A stretch of 31,524 nt of DNA from Candidatus Sericytochromatia bacterium. GTDB taxonomy: Bacteria > Cyanobacteriota > Sericytochromatia > S15B-MN24 > JAQBPE01. The DNA lies in assembly GCA_040400605.1 (NCBI GenBank), contig JBBAPZ010000028.1:1-31524 (forward strand). Reading direction: 5' to 3'. The notes beneath the pieces were generated by a model. It saw only the letters and a list, made by a program, of their open reading frames with translations. It had not been told where the DNA came from and ran no database searches. Position numbers and translations under genes: made by a program. This document shows positions 8,892-18,857 of the stretch, in pieces (the first letter of the stretch is position 1; the number at the start of each line of letters is the position of its first letter).

Positions 8892-10454
8892 TTGACGGAT
8901 ACGTTGCATGAACGCGTGAATGTCGCACGCGGGGCTGAGATTGGCTCCGTGGCGGATGTGCGGGCGATTGAGGATCGTTTGATCCGCGACTGGGGTTATC
9001 CCGTTCCGGTGATGATGGAGCGGGCAGCTGTGGCGGTGGTGCGCCTGCTTGAGAGTCAGTTCGGGCGATCGCCTGTCGTGGTGGTATCCGGAATGGGCAA
9101 CAACGGCGCAGACGGCTTGGCTGTGGCACGCATTCTGCATGACCGTGGCTACACCGTGCGGGTGTTGACCGTCGGGGCTTCGCCGGGGGATTGGGTGCGC
9201 AAGCAGTCTCAGGGCTTGCGCCAGCGCGGGGTGCAACCCAAGGGGTTTTCCGGGTCTGAGGCTTATGGTTCGGAGTGGGTGCTGGTTGACGCCTTGTATG
9301 GTATCGGGCTGAATCGGGCGTTGCGTTCCGAGGCGACGCTTGCGATTGAATGGATGAATCGGCAAAACTGGCGCGCGGTAGTTGCGCTGGATGTGCCAAG
9401 CGGGCTTGACGCCGACACAGGCGAGCATTATGGCGCGCTGGTGCGCGCCCATCACACGGTGAGTATGGGGGTTTTAAAGCCTGGTCTGTTGATGGATCGG
9501 GCGCTTGAATCCGTGGGGCGTCTATGGCTTGCGGATATCGGTTTTCCAGCGCTTCTGACGGCGCCATTGTCGGGCCGTCTCAATGAAGCGACACCGCTTC
9601 CGCCGATACCTGCAGCCGCGCACAAAGGCACCTTGGGATCGGTTTTGGTGCTTGCCGGTTCGCGCACGATGACAGGCGCTGCCATCCTGGCGTTGCGAGG
9701 GGCGGGTCGTAGTGGGGTGGGGCTGGTGTATGGCGGGGTTGTGGTGAGTCAACGGGACTTGGTGGCGGTTGCGGTGCCTGAGGCGATCGTCTTGCCGTTA
9801 CGCGAAGAGGAGGGTTCGGTTGGCCCTGAGGCGCTGGATTTGTTGGCGCCGCAACTCGGCAGCGTCAAGGCGGTGGCGATCGGTCCCGGGTTGCGTCACA
9901 CGCCGCGTGTGCAGGCAATGGTTGAGCGTTTGTTGACCCTGTTTGCTGGCCCCGTCGTGTTGGATGCGGATGCGTTGCCATATCAGGCGCAACGTTTGCC
10001 GCAGCGAACAGGGCCCATCATAATGACGCCGCATCCTGGCGAATTGGGTCGCATGCTGGGCATCAGCGCGACGCAGGTGCAAAAACAGCGTCTGGATTCG
10101 GCGTTGCAGGCAGCAAAGACGTATCAGGCGATTGTGGTCTTGAAAGGGGCACGCACCATCATTGCCAATCCTGCGGGGCGTTACACCATCAACGTCACGG
10201 GTGATCCCATCCTGGCAACTGCCGGCGCGGGAGATGTGCTGACGGGTTTTATGGTGGGGTTGCTGGCGCGTGGCTTCGATGCGGAGGCGGCTGCGCGCAC
10301 GGCGGTGCATTTACACGGTCAGGCTGCACAGGCGGCGCGGGAGGCGGGCATGGTAAGCTTGATGGCAAATGACATACCGGACCGTATCCCACGTCTGTTA
10401 GGTCAAATCACGGAAGTCCTGCCTGCTTTGGGTGATTTGCGACTGGTGCGCTGA
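8892..10454 (+). CDS. nnr: Bifunctional NAD(P)H-hydrate epimerase/dehydratase (YjeF)
   Basis: MERAA, GMGNNGADG, DALYGIG, DVPSG, HKG, LDADAL, TPHPGE, LKG, AGAGDVL. Confidence 0.96.
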   Translation: MTDTLHERVNVARGAEIGSVADVRAIEDRLIRDWGYPVPVMMERAAVAVVRLLESQFGRSPVVVVSGMGNNGADGLAVARILHDRGYTVRVLTVGASPGDWVRKQSQGLRQRGVQPKGFSGSEAYGSEWVLVDALYGIGLNRALRSEATLAIEWMNRQNWRAVVALDVPSGLDADTGEHYGALVRAHHTVSMGVLKPGLLMDRALESVGRLWLADIGFPALLTAPLSGRLNEATPLPPIPAAAHKGTLGSVLVLAGSRTMTGAAILALRGAGRSGVGLVYGGVVVSQRDLVAVAVPEAIVLPLREEEGSVGPEALDLLAPQLGSVKAVAIGPGLRHTPRVQAMVERLLTLFAGPVVLDADALPYQAQRLPQRTGPIIMTPHPGELGRMLGISATQVQKQRLDSALQAAKTYQAIVVLKGARTIIANPAGRYTINVTGDPILATAGAGDVLTGFMVGLLARGFDAEAAARTAVHLHGQAAQAAREAGMVSLMANDIPDRIPRLLGQITEVLPALGDLRLVR

Positions 10455-10574
10455 GCAATTCGCGGCGCGCTTGGTTTGTGCGTCACCCGAATGGGTGTTG
10501 CTGCGGGCATTGCTTGTGTGTGGATGGCCTGACCAGGGTTTGGGAGTGCGCCACTTTTGAAAAGGAGATGAGCG

Positions 10575-11612
10575 ATGATGCTCAACAGCAATGCGATGGA
10601 GCAAAAAGGCAGCCTGGTCAATGTGGGGATGGAGCGCGCGTTGGCCCTGGACATCGTTCAGGTCGTGGAGGCGGCGGCACTGGCGGCAGCACGTCTGATG
10701 GGACGGGGTGATAAAGATGGTGCGGATCACGCCGCCGTGGAAGCGATGCGTCTCGCCTTCAACAACCTGGACATTGATGGGACGATCGTGATCGGCGAGG
10801 GTGAACGTGATGAGGCGCCCATGCTGTATATCGGGGAAAAGGTCGGCTTGATGGCGACGGGGTCGTTCCCGGTCGACATTGCGGTTGACCCGCTTGAAGG
10901 AACGAACCTGGTGGCATCCGGCGCCAACAATTCCATCGCCGTGATGGCGATGGCCGAGGCGGGGGGCTTGCTGCACTGTCCCGACACCTATATGGAAAAA
11001 TTGATTGTGGGGCCTGCGGCTGCCGGCAAGGTGGACATTACCGCACCGGTCAAGACCAATTTGGCGATCATCGCCATGAGTTTGAATCGGGAGGTTGGGG
11101 ATCTCACCGTGGTGATTCTGGATCGGCCGCGCCACACGGAGTTGATTCAGCAAGTACGTGACGCGGGTGCACGGATTCGCCTCATCGGTGACGGTGATGT
11201 GACCGGTGGCTTGGCTGCGGCGATCGCAGGCTCTGGCGTCCACGCGGTCATGGGCATCGGGGGTGCGCCGGAAGGCGTTCTCACCGCCGCTGCGATGCGT
11301 TGTCTGGGCGGCGAGATTCAGGCCCGCATCTTGCCACGCAACGATGCCGATGCCGCACGCTCCCGTTCAATGGGCATCGATTTGGACCGCGTGTACCTAA
11401 CCCGGGATCTCGCCCCAGGCACTGACGTCCTGTTCGCCGCAACGGGCATCACGGATGGCGAGATTCTGCGCGGCGTGCGCTTCTTCGGAGGCGGTGCCCG
11501 CACCCACTCGATCGTCACGGGGGCCAAGTCCCAATTCGTGCGCTTCATTGACACCGTCCATAGCGATGAGCAAAGAGGACAGCGCATGCCAATCATCCGT
11601 CTCGATCGCTAA
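10575..11612 (+). CDS. glpX: Class II fructose-1,6-bisphosphatase (FBP/SBPase-like)
   Basis: [59 protein letters not shown] (alternative start 10629). Confidence 0.97.
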   Translation: MMLNSNAMEQKGSLVNVGMERALALDIVQVVEAAALAAARLMGRGDKDGADHAAVEAMRLAFNNLDIDGTIVIGEGERDEAPMLYIGEKVGLMATGSFPVDIAVDPLEGTNLVASGANNSIAVMAMAEAGGLLHCPDTYMEKLIVGPAAAGKVDITAPVKTNLAIIAMSLNREVGDLTVVILDRPRHTELIQQVRDAGARIRLIGDGDVTGGLAAAIAGSGVHAVMGIGGAPEGVLTAAAMRCLGGEIQARILPRNDADAARSRSMGIDLDRVYLTRDLAPGTDVLFAATGITDGEILRGVRFFGGGARTHSIVTGAKSQFVRFIDTVHSDEQRGQRMPIIRLDR

Positions 11613-11714
11613 CCCACCCCCACGCGCGGACGACTTTTGGGACACCGACGTTTGCATAACGGGCGTCGGTGCCCTTTGTGGTTTAGAATTGGGTCCTGTA
11701 CGCGATGGGGGAAG

Positions 11715-12890
11715 GTGTTCTTGCGATATCTGTTGTTTGTGGCATGGCGCCAACTGATTGTCAGACCGTGGCAGAGTGCCATGCTGGTTTTGAGTGTGGC
11801 TGTTGGTGTTTGCATCTTGACCACGGCGCTGTCTTTAACCAATGGCTTTGAGCAAGAGATGGTGGATCGCATTTTGGGCACCACGCCGCACGTGACGCTC
11901 TACAATCCGCTGACAGGTTCACTCAAAAATGCGGGCGCCTTGTGTGAACGCTTGGTGCGTCAGGATGCGCGCATTGAGGCAGCCGCACCTTTTGTGCAAG
12001 GGCAAGCGCTGTTGATTGACGCGCGCAAGCAGACCGTGGGCGTTATTTTGCGGGGCATGGATGTCGAACTTGCCCGCCGTGACGCACAGTTTCAGCGTTA
12101 TCTGGTGTCGGGCAAACTGGAGGAATCCAAACTCACACCAGCGGTTGTGCTGGGCAGCGCCGTGGCACGCAAATTACAGGTGGTGTTGGGTGATGAGTTG
12201 TTCCTGGTGACCGGTGCGGGGCAAAAACACCGGGTGGTGGTGTCGGGCCTTTTTGAGTCGGGACTCTACGATTTTGATGCGCACGTTGCACTCACCGGTT
12301 TGCTTAGCGCCCAGCGCTTGTGCGACATGGGTGATGGTGTTAGTGGCGTTGGCATCAAGTTAAAGAATGTGTTTGCGGCGTCGGCCGTATCGCAGGAGTG
12401 GGCGGATGCCTTGATGCTGGGTGCGAGGTCTTGGATGGATCAGAACCGCCCGCTGCTGCAAGCGATGTGGTTGGAGCGGGTGGTGATTTTCATCGTGATT
12501 ATGTTCATTGTGCTAGTGGCCATGATGGGCATCGGCAGCACGATGGCCATGTGGGTGATCGAACGCCGTTCCGAAATCAGCCTGTTGCGCGCCATCGGTG
12601 TTTCGGCCCGTGGTGTGGGTACCCTCTTTGTCCTGCAAGGGACGGTGATCAGCTTGCTTGGCGTCCTGCTTGGCGCAATCGCCGGCGTGCTGTTATCCCT
12701 CGCCTTGGCACACTTCCCCATTCCGATCGCCCAAGAAGTCTACTTTCTTTCGCACCTCCCCGTCATCATGCGCCTTGGCGACTTTCTGACAGTAGGCGTA
12801 TCCACCCTGCTCCTAAGCCCGATTGCCAGCGTCTTGCCAGCCCTGCGCGCCATGCGCCTCGACCCCGTCGAAATCCTGCGACGCCACTGA
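11715..12890 (+). CDS. LolC/E-family ABC permease
   Basis: SLTNGFEQEMVDRILGTTPHV, SGLYDFD, ERRSEISLLRAIG, YFLSHLP, LDPVEILR; GTG 11715 inferred. Confidence 0.9.
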   Translation: MFLRYLLFVAWRQLIVRPWQSAMLVLSVAVGVCILTTALSLTNGFEQEMVDRILGTTPHVTLYNPLTGSLKNAGALCERLVRQDARIEAAAPFVQGQALLIDARKQTVGVILRGMDVELARRDAQFQRYLVSGKLEESKLTPAVVLGSAVARKLQVVLGDELFLVTGAGQKHRVVVSGLFESGLYDFDAHVALTGLLSAQRLCDMGDGVSGVGIKLKNVFAASAVSQEWADALMLGARSWMDQNRPLLQAMWLERVVIFIVIMFIVLVAMMGIGSTMAMWVIERRSEISLLRAIGVSARGVGTLFVLQGTVISLLGVLLGAIAGVLLSLALAHFPIPIAQEVYFLSHLPVIMRLGDFLTVGVSTLLLSPIASVLPALRAMRLDPVEILRRH

Positions 12891-12922
12891 AAATCCGACC
12901 AACAACGCCCACCAATTAATTG

Positions 12923-13136
12923 GCCATGCAGCTGAGTGACGCGTCGAACAAGCGCAAAACAAACGATGTCGGCTCACGAGCCAAGTCAAAGCGTTTATCA
13001 CGACAGGTGCAAACAATTTTGGTGTGAACGAATAGAACGAAGCACCACGGACGCTATCCCGAATGGCAAACAGCACAGACAAGATGGGTTATCGCCGCCT
13101 CCGACCTGCAGTTTGCGCTTGCTGCGCCATCCTTAC
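12923..13136 (-). repeat. Dispersed intergenic element, copy 2
   Basis: Homologous to 68-259; 12947-12958 pairs with 13112-13123 (10 perfect pairs, 12 with one G-U on the minus strand). Confidence 0.8.
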
Positions 13137-13196
13137 ATTTTGGTGACAACAGGTGTTTAATTCGCGTGTCGTGCTTGCTTAACGCGAATTTTGGTC

Positions 13197-13237
13197 TTGT
13201 CAAGCTCACTTTGACGCCGTACAATTTACATTGTAAA
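13197..13237 (+). promoter_or_regulatory. Sigma70-type promoter with overlapping palindromes
   Basis: TTGTCA(13197)-N17-TACAAT(13220); GTCAA-N7-TTGAC over the -35; TTTACA-T-TGTAAA at 13225-13237. Confidence 0.7.
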
Positions 13238-13238
13238 G

Positions 13239-13898
13239 ATGAAATTGTTTCGTTATATTAACTTTCGACGTAACGTGTTGTTGGGCTTGGTGGTGGTCTT
13301 GTCGGCTGGGACCACTGGTTGTTGGAATTTGCGTTGGTTTGAGCGAGGGGGTAATCCGGGGGGACGGTGGGGGTCATGGGGGTTGGAGCGGGTCGCGGTG
13401 GTGCGATTTGCGGATGCCACGTCCCAGTCTTTGGGTGAAGCGGTTGCGCGCTCATTTGCGTTGGTCATGGGTGATGTGTTGGGTGGCAGTCAGGTGGTTA
13501 GGCCTGATGTGATAACCGGTAGCGGGTTTCTGTGGGTTGGTTTTTTGGGGGTTGGGCAGTTACGGGAGTTGGGGCAGGCGCAGCGTGTGACGGGTGTCTT
13601 GACTGGTAAGGTGTTGGCGGCGGAGCGTCAGCGTTTGTATCGGCGGGATTTTTTGCATGTGTCATTGCGTTTGATGGATGCACGGACGGGTGTGATTGTG
13701 TGGTCGCGTGGCGTTCATAGCGTTCAGGAGTACGTTGACACCCAGGCGGAAACACGGGATTTTACTCTTGCCATAGAAAAAGCCTCATATCTAGCAGCAA
13801 AGGAGTTCATTCATGACCTGTTCCAAATTTCCGCAGGCACGGTTTTTCGTTGGGGCCCTCGCCCTCGCGGGGTCATTGGTGTTGGCGCGACCGGCTGA
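13239..13898 (+). CDS. Lipoprotein, CsgG/LpoB/PelC-like fold
   Basis: Lipobox-like TTGC; RVAVVRF, VLTGKV, VSLRLMDARTGVIVWS. Confidence 0.75.
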   Translation: MKLFRYINFRRNVLLGLVVVLSAGTTGCWNLRWFERGGNPGGRWGSWGLERVAVVRFADATSQSLGEAVARSFALVMGDVLGGSQVVRPDVITGSGFLWVGFLGVGQLRELGQAQRVTGVLTGKVLAAERQRLYRRDFLHVSLRLMDARTGVIVWSRGVHSVQEYVDTQAETRDFTLAIEKASYLAAKEFIHDLFQISAGTVFRWGPRPRGVIGVGATG

Positions 13899-14394
13899 TG
13901 CGTTGCCGGGCGTGGGGGTTGCTGCGTCTTCGTCGGTTGGTTTGGTCAATGATAACCAGCCGGTTTTCAATGTGTTGGCGAGTGCGGAGTTGGCGGGGGT
14001 TCACGTGGGAGGGTTGTTTTGGCGTCGGGTGAGTGATCAAAGAACTTACTTGCATGGCTTGTTGATGAAAGATGTGTCGCCGATACCGATGATCAAGGTT
14101 TTGCCGGGCATTGGTTTGGCGAGTAACCCAGGGGGGCAAGTGGGTCCCATCGCATCGTTGGGGGCGGCGTTTCACCCGTTTTTGTTGCCTGTGGCGGTCG
14201 AGGTATCGGCTGGGGCGGCCTTGTTCAGTGGGCAGACCTTGTTGCCGTATTCGGCTGGGGTGAAGTTGAGTCTGTTTCCTCTCACCGCGTTTAATTTCCG
14301 GTATCGCGGATTTGGGGGAGATGCGCGCACGGGTGCGCCGGGGTCTTTGGCTGGTATTGGTGGACCGGAAGTCGGCGTTGAAATCGGAATTTAG
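13813..14394 (+). CDS. Exported protein, probable small beta-barrel
   Basis: AAGGAG RBS; signal ending ADA; alternating hydrophobic strands; ends VGVEIGI. Confidence 0.75.
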   Translation: MTCSKFPQARFFVGALALAGSLVLARPADALPGVGVAASSSVGLVNDNQPVFNVLASAELAGVHVGGLFWRRVSDQRTYLHGLLMKDVSPIPMIKVLPGIGLASNPGGQVGPIASLGAAFHPFLLPVAVEVSAGAALFSGQTLLPYSAGVKLSLFPLTAFNFRYRGFGGDARTGAPGSLAGIGGPEVGVEIGI

Positions 14395-14414
14395 CATTTG
14401 AAGGGCAAGGCGTG

Positions 14415-15155
14415 ATGGACAGGCAAAAAATTCTTGTCATAGATGATGAGGCCAGCATCCGGCAGATCGTGGAAACGCGGTTAAAGTTGGCTGGGTATGA
14501 GGTGATGACCGCCTCAGATGGCGTGGAAGCGTTGGAGCAGGCTGCCAATCATCAGCCGGATTTGATTGTTTTGGATATCATGATGCCCAAATTGGATGGT
14601 TTTGAGGTGTGTCGTGAGCTGCGCAAGAACATGACGACGCCGATTATCATGTTGACGGCGAAAGGGGACATTACGGATCGCATCGCGGCGCTGGAACTGG
14701 GCGCGGATGACTACGTGGTCAAACCCTTTTCGCCCCGTGAACTGGAAGCGCGCATCAAGGCGGTGCTGCGTCGCACGCACACCGAGCAAACCAAGCAGAC
14801 GCTCATCAGCTTGGACCGTTTGGCCATTGATACGGGCAAGCGTCAGGTTTACAAGAACGGTGAAAAAATCAAGTTGACTGAAATGGAATTCAACTTGCTG
14901 GAGTTGCTTGCAAACAATCCGGGTCGGCCGTATTCTCGCAGCGAGATTTTGCATCAGGTGTGGGGTTATCGCCTGAGTCAATACAGTGATACGCGGGTGG
15001 TGGATGTACACATCTCGCGCTTGCGCAGCAAACTGGAAGAGGACCCCTCGGCGCCTGAGTTGATTCTTACGGCGCGTGGCACCGGTTACATGTTTCAGAA
15101 TTATGCCGCCGGGAATTCTCCGTTGACCTCGCATGTCAATTCCGCGGCAGGCTGA
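14415..15155 (+). CDS. rpaB: OmpR-family response regulator, RpaB/Ycf27-like
   Basis: DDEASIR..ETRL, LDIMMPKLDG, DTRVVDVHISRLRSKLEEDPSAPELILTARGTGYMFQ match recalled RpaB signature segments. Confidence 0.88.
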   Translation: MDRQKILVIDDEASIRQIVETRLKLAGYEVMTASDGVEALEQAANHQPDLIVLDIMMPKLDGFEVCRELRKNMTTPIIMLTAKGDITDRIAALELGADDYVVKPFSPRELEARIKAVLRRTHTEQTKQTLISLDRLAIDTGKRQVYKNGEKIKLTEMEFNLLELLANNPGRPYSRSEILHQVWGYRLSQYSDTRVVDVHISRLRSKLEEDPSAPELILTARGTGYMFQNYAAGNSPLTSHVNSAAG

Positions 15156-15160
15156 GGGTG

Positions 15161-15493
15161 ATGACGGGCGTTTTACTGGTGTTAACGACCATTCCGGCAG
15201 ACCAGGCGACAACCTTGGCGAGGCAGGTGGTGGAGGAACGTTTGGCGGCTTGTGCCCAGGTCCAGGCCGTGGCTGACAGTATTTATTGGTGGCAAGGTAC
15301 CATTCAGACGGATCGCGAAGCGACGATTGTCCTGAAAACCAGCGACACGGTGATTGAGCCGTTGATCACACGCATCAAGGCCCTTCATCCCTACGAGTTA
15401 CCAGAAATTCTGGTCTTTGAGGCCATCGGCGGCTTGCAGGCATACCTGGACTGGGTCCACTCACAAACGTTTTTTGAGGCCTGTAACCCCTGA
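15161..15493 (+). CDS. cutA: Divalent-cation tolerance protein CutA
   Basis: VEERLAACAQ, SIYWWQG, LKT, HPYELPEI, YLDW. Confidence 0.95.
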   Translation: MTGVLLVLTTIPADQATTLARQVVEERLAACAQVQAVADSIYWWQGTIQTDREATIVLKTSDTVIEPLITRIKALHPYELPEILVFEAIGGLQAYLDWVHSQTFFEACNP

Positions 15494-15567
15494 ACGAGGC
15501 TTGTTGACACAGACCCTTTCAGTCAGGATCGTTCCATCGGAGTTGAGGCCAAAGGAGGGCTGACACC

Positions 15568-15888
15568 ATGGGCGATACCACGGTCATCAAGATGAGTGCG
15601 GCATTTGCGACCACCGGGTTGTTGGGACAACGCCAATTGGTCAGCGGTGCGCGCGTTGCGTTACGCATGTGGGAAAACGAGCAACCCGGCGAGGTCAAAC
15701 AGGCCACAGCCAGCCCCTATGAAACCGTTGGCTATGTACTGGCCGGAGAAGCCGAGTTGCACATTGAGGGGCAGATGGTGCGCCTCGAGCCGGGCGACGC
15801 GTGGGTCGTGCCGCAGGGTGCCTTGCATCGGTACCAGATACTGGAGCCTTTTACGGCGATCGAAGCCACCAGTCCACCCGCGATTTGA
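15568..15888 (+). CDS. Cupin domain protein
   Basis: AAAGGAGG RBS; YETVGYVLAG, LEPGDAWVVPQGALHRY, EATSPPA. Confidence 0.92.
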   Translation: MGDTTVIKMSAAFATTGLLGQRQLVSGARVALRMWENEQPGEVKQATASPYETVGYVLAGEAELHIEGQMVRLEPGDAWVVPQGALHRYQILEPFTAIEATSPPAI

Positions 15889-16100
15889 TAATCGAAAATT
15901 GAGTTGAAAATAAACTATTGTTTAACTTTTTGGGGCAAGCCCAAGGCTGATCAGGGTGATGAAAACGTTAGCTTGGGTTTGCATCATCGCGTTGACAGGA
16001 GTTTTTCATGGTACGCATACCGCCAAAAACCGTATCCTGGTTTCGCAATACCTTTACCCATTATGGTGAGTTGCAGGTGCCATCGACCGTCAAGCGTGAC

Positions 16101-16940
16101 TTGACAGTCAAAGAAATCATCCCGGGTGCCGTGAGTCCGGTGCGTCGCAGTTCGTTTGTGCAAACGCCCGGAGAGCCTGCGCGCCAGGTAACGGCCCAGG
16201 TACCTGATCAGTTACGTTTGGGGCAAGTAGCTGTCAAACATGCGGCAAACAAGCCCAAACTTGGTGATGTGCTGGATATGACACCCGCCGTGGCACTCAA
16301 GCCCGGCGATATCGTCGGGCGCGGCAATGGGCTCAAGCTGGATACCATGGCCCAAGGTGGCTTGGGTGTCACGGTGGAGCGCTTTGTGCGAACCGGTCGC
16401 TGGCAGCCTTACAAGGCGGACATCGGTCATGTGGGCATTGTGGGTGTTGGGCCAAACGGTCAGATGGGCATTTATGAAATCTTTGTGGGGCATCCAGAGC
16501 CTGCACTCGAAAAACTGATGCCTGAGCGGCTGCGTCGCAAGCCCCATACCTTTGTGCGATTCGTGACGACGGATCAGTTTTTCAACGTCGTGCCAGAGGG
16601 CTTCATGCGCACCACCATGGTCGTACGACACCCGGACCCCAAGGTAGCAGCCAAATCAGCCGCCAGAGCAAGGAAACTCTTTGACACCCAGTTAACCCCT
16701 GACGGAAAACGCGCGTTTGCCTGGTTCACCGACGCCAATCGTCACCTGGACCCCAGCGTCAAGGATCGTTCTGGACCTTGTTCCGCATTTGTTAATGCAG
16801 CGTATGACTACCGCTTGAATCGACCGGTGGGCATTCCTGTCTCGCCGGAAGCGATCATGGATGAGTCGGGCATGCAAATGGTTGGTTACAAGACCATTGA
16901 GACGATCAAAGCGTCATCGGACGGGGTGTTTCGTTTTTAA
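16101..16940 (+). CDS. Permuted papain-like (NlpC/P60, YiiX/YaeF-type) protein; start uncertain (16008-16101)
   Basis: LKPGDIV, GHVGIV...IYE precede CSAFVNAAY and SPEAI (His before Cys). Confidence 0.7.
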   Translation: MTVKEIIPGAVSPVRRSSFVQTPGEPARQVTAQVPDQLRLGQVAVKHAANKPKLGDVLDMTPAVALKPGDIVGRGNGLKLDTMAQGGLGVTVERFVRTGRWQPYKADIGHVGIVGVGPNGQMGIYEIFVGHPEPALEKLMPERLRRKPHTFVRFVTTDQFFNVVPEGFMRTTMVVRHPDPKVAAKSAARARKLFDTQLTPDGKRAFAWFTDANRHLDPSVKDRSGPCSAFVNAAYDYRLNRPVGIPVSPEAIMDESGMQMVGYKTIETIKASSDGVFRF

Positions 16941-17312
16941 CGGTGTGCGGAAGGCCCAGCTAGGTTAAATGGGTCTTCGTGTCACCAGACTGGCTTGATG
17001 GCTCGTTGAGCGCAGTGGGTGAGGCTGGCCTGCGATCGCTCGTTGCGAGAGTGATTGGAAACCAGGTCACAGCTTGATTGGTTAAAACATTTGATCCATG
17101 GAACAGTATGACGATTTTTTAAATGCTTGGTGCTCTGAACGGCCATTCGACAGTTCACCGTGTGAAATCCTGAAAATCAAGTCAAAGCCTTGTCAATAAG
17201 AAATATTCAATCCGCAGAACGAGCTGTTTCAGTTTGCACGCGAGACAGTCTCAAACAATTGCCAAAAGGATGTTTCAAGCACTTGCTGATGGGATGGGGT
17301 GTCGAACAGGCG

Positions 17313-18170
17313 TTAGGGGTTGCAGCGATCGCAGCGACCCGGGTCGGCGACGGTTGGTGCGTTGTCTGGCAATCGCTCCAGGCGATGCTGGCAAACCTGA
17401 CAGGCGAGTATCTCGAGGCGTGTCAGGTGGGTGGGCGTGCCGCAAGCTTCGCAAGGCAGACCAGCCATGCGTTCAACCACGTCAAAGCCTGGCATCTGGC
17501 AGTGAGGACAGTCGGTGGTGATGATGCGGAGCAGGTCAAGGGTGGCAGTGGCAATGGTTTCCATCCGCGTGGGGTTGAGGTGGGCGCGGAGATCAACTTC
17601 CAGCATTAGTTCCGGCCAACGGCTGAGGCCTTGGTTGACCAGGGCCACCAAGCGATCGGGGTCCTGTATGCCTTTGGCGAGAACGGCGGCATCATCGCCT
17701 GCGCCTGTGCGAATGACCAAGGCATGCTCGGGAAAGCCGTTTGCGTTGGCAAATTTTTCGGCGTCGTGAAGTGAGCGAATCACGGTGTGTGCTTGCGTAC
17801 AACGGGTGGTCAGTGTTTTGCCGATGTATTCACGGCCTGTTCGAGCATCAAGCAGAAGCACGACTTCGAGGTTAGCAGGAAGCCAGGGAACGGAGAGATG
17901 GGGGCCGAAACTGCCTTCGCTGGCGATCGCGATTGAAGCGTGTGACCATGCGAGGGCGGCTTTTGCCTTGGCGCGCACGGTTGCGAACTGGTCGCCTTGA
18001 CGGGCGATATCACGGGTAAAGGTGCCGAATTGATCCGTATCGAATTCCTTGGCGATTTCGAACCGTAAGCCGGTTGCGCCTAAAATAGGCGCGATGACCG
18101 CTTCTTTGCCATGCATCGTGCCAATGACCGCGGTTTGTCCGCTCCAATGTGGGTGGCCCAGATTTGACAT
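17313..18170 (-). CDS. DUF6671-like protein with four CxxC motifs
   Basis: TMHGKE, DTDQFGTFT, ASEGSFGPH, DLRAHLNPTRM, CPHC/CEAC/CQVC/CDRCNP; AGGAG RBS. Confidence 0.85.
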   Translation of the reverse strand: MSNLGHPHWSGQTAVIGTMHGKEAVIAPILGATGLRFEIAKEFDTDQFGTFTRDIARQGDQFATVRAKAKAALAWSHASIAIASEGSFGPHLSVPWLPANLEVVLLLDARTGREYIGKTLTTRCTQAHTVIRSLHDAEKFANANGFPEHALVIRTGAGDDAAVLAKGIQDPDRLVALVNQGLSRWPELMLEVDLRAHLNPTRMETIATATLDLLRIITTDCPHCQMPGFDVVERMAGLPCEACGTPTHLTRLEILACQVCQHRLERLPDNAPTVADPGRCDRCNP

Positions 18171-18584
18171 TCAAACGGCTCCTGAATCATAAGGGATGGT
18201 GGCTGGTTGCGATGGATAACGCAGATGGCGCGAGCGGTTGAGGTTGAGCGTTGTTGACTGGTGGCTGTCAGTGAGGCGCAGGTTTGTGGCGAAGTCGGTT
18301 GTGTTGGGGGGGGACAGGCCAAGACCGGGGTGTTGCCGGCTTTTGCGATCGAACCATACAGACATGCGTTGATTGGTGACCACGTTTTGGCTGTTGTTCA
18401 GTAACAATGTGTGAATGCCTGATGTTTTTTGAGTTGGTTACCCCGGTTTTAAACAGTCACCGATGCGTCACTGTATCGCCTGACACGGGTAAAAGTTTCG
18501 CGCAGCTTATCATAGAGTCCTTGAAACCCGTTGAAAACGGGTACAAAATGCGCGGCCTACCCTGTTGTCGGTGGCGGATAATGA

Positions 18585-18695
18585 GGTGGGGCCGGCAGCG
18601 GCGCGGTGTTCGGAATGCCTGGTCGTTTGGCCGTCGATGATGCGGGTCCGGTGTATGTGGCGGACAGTGGGCATCATCGCATTCGCCGGATCAGT
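18585..18695 (+). pseudogene. Orphan single NHL repeat
   Basis: GAVFGMPGRLAVDDAGPVYVADSGHHRIRRIS, preceded by in-frame stops at 18579-18584. Confidence 0.8.
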
Positions 18696-18857
18696 CATCT
18701 CCGCGGCCCGTTGAGCCGTTTGCCGGTGCGCAAGCATTCGGGCAATTCGCTACGGTCATACCCTTTATCGTAAAAGTGGGTATAGGGGGCAACAGAAGCG
18801 TGATGTATCTCGCTGTTGGTGTTGTGTCTGAATGGTTTTGTTGGCGGAGGGTCGTGC

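Noticed and set aside
18171..18550. Short ORFs upstream of the DUF6671-like gene
   Set aside because: No recognisable motif or convincing RBS.
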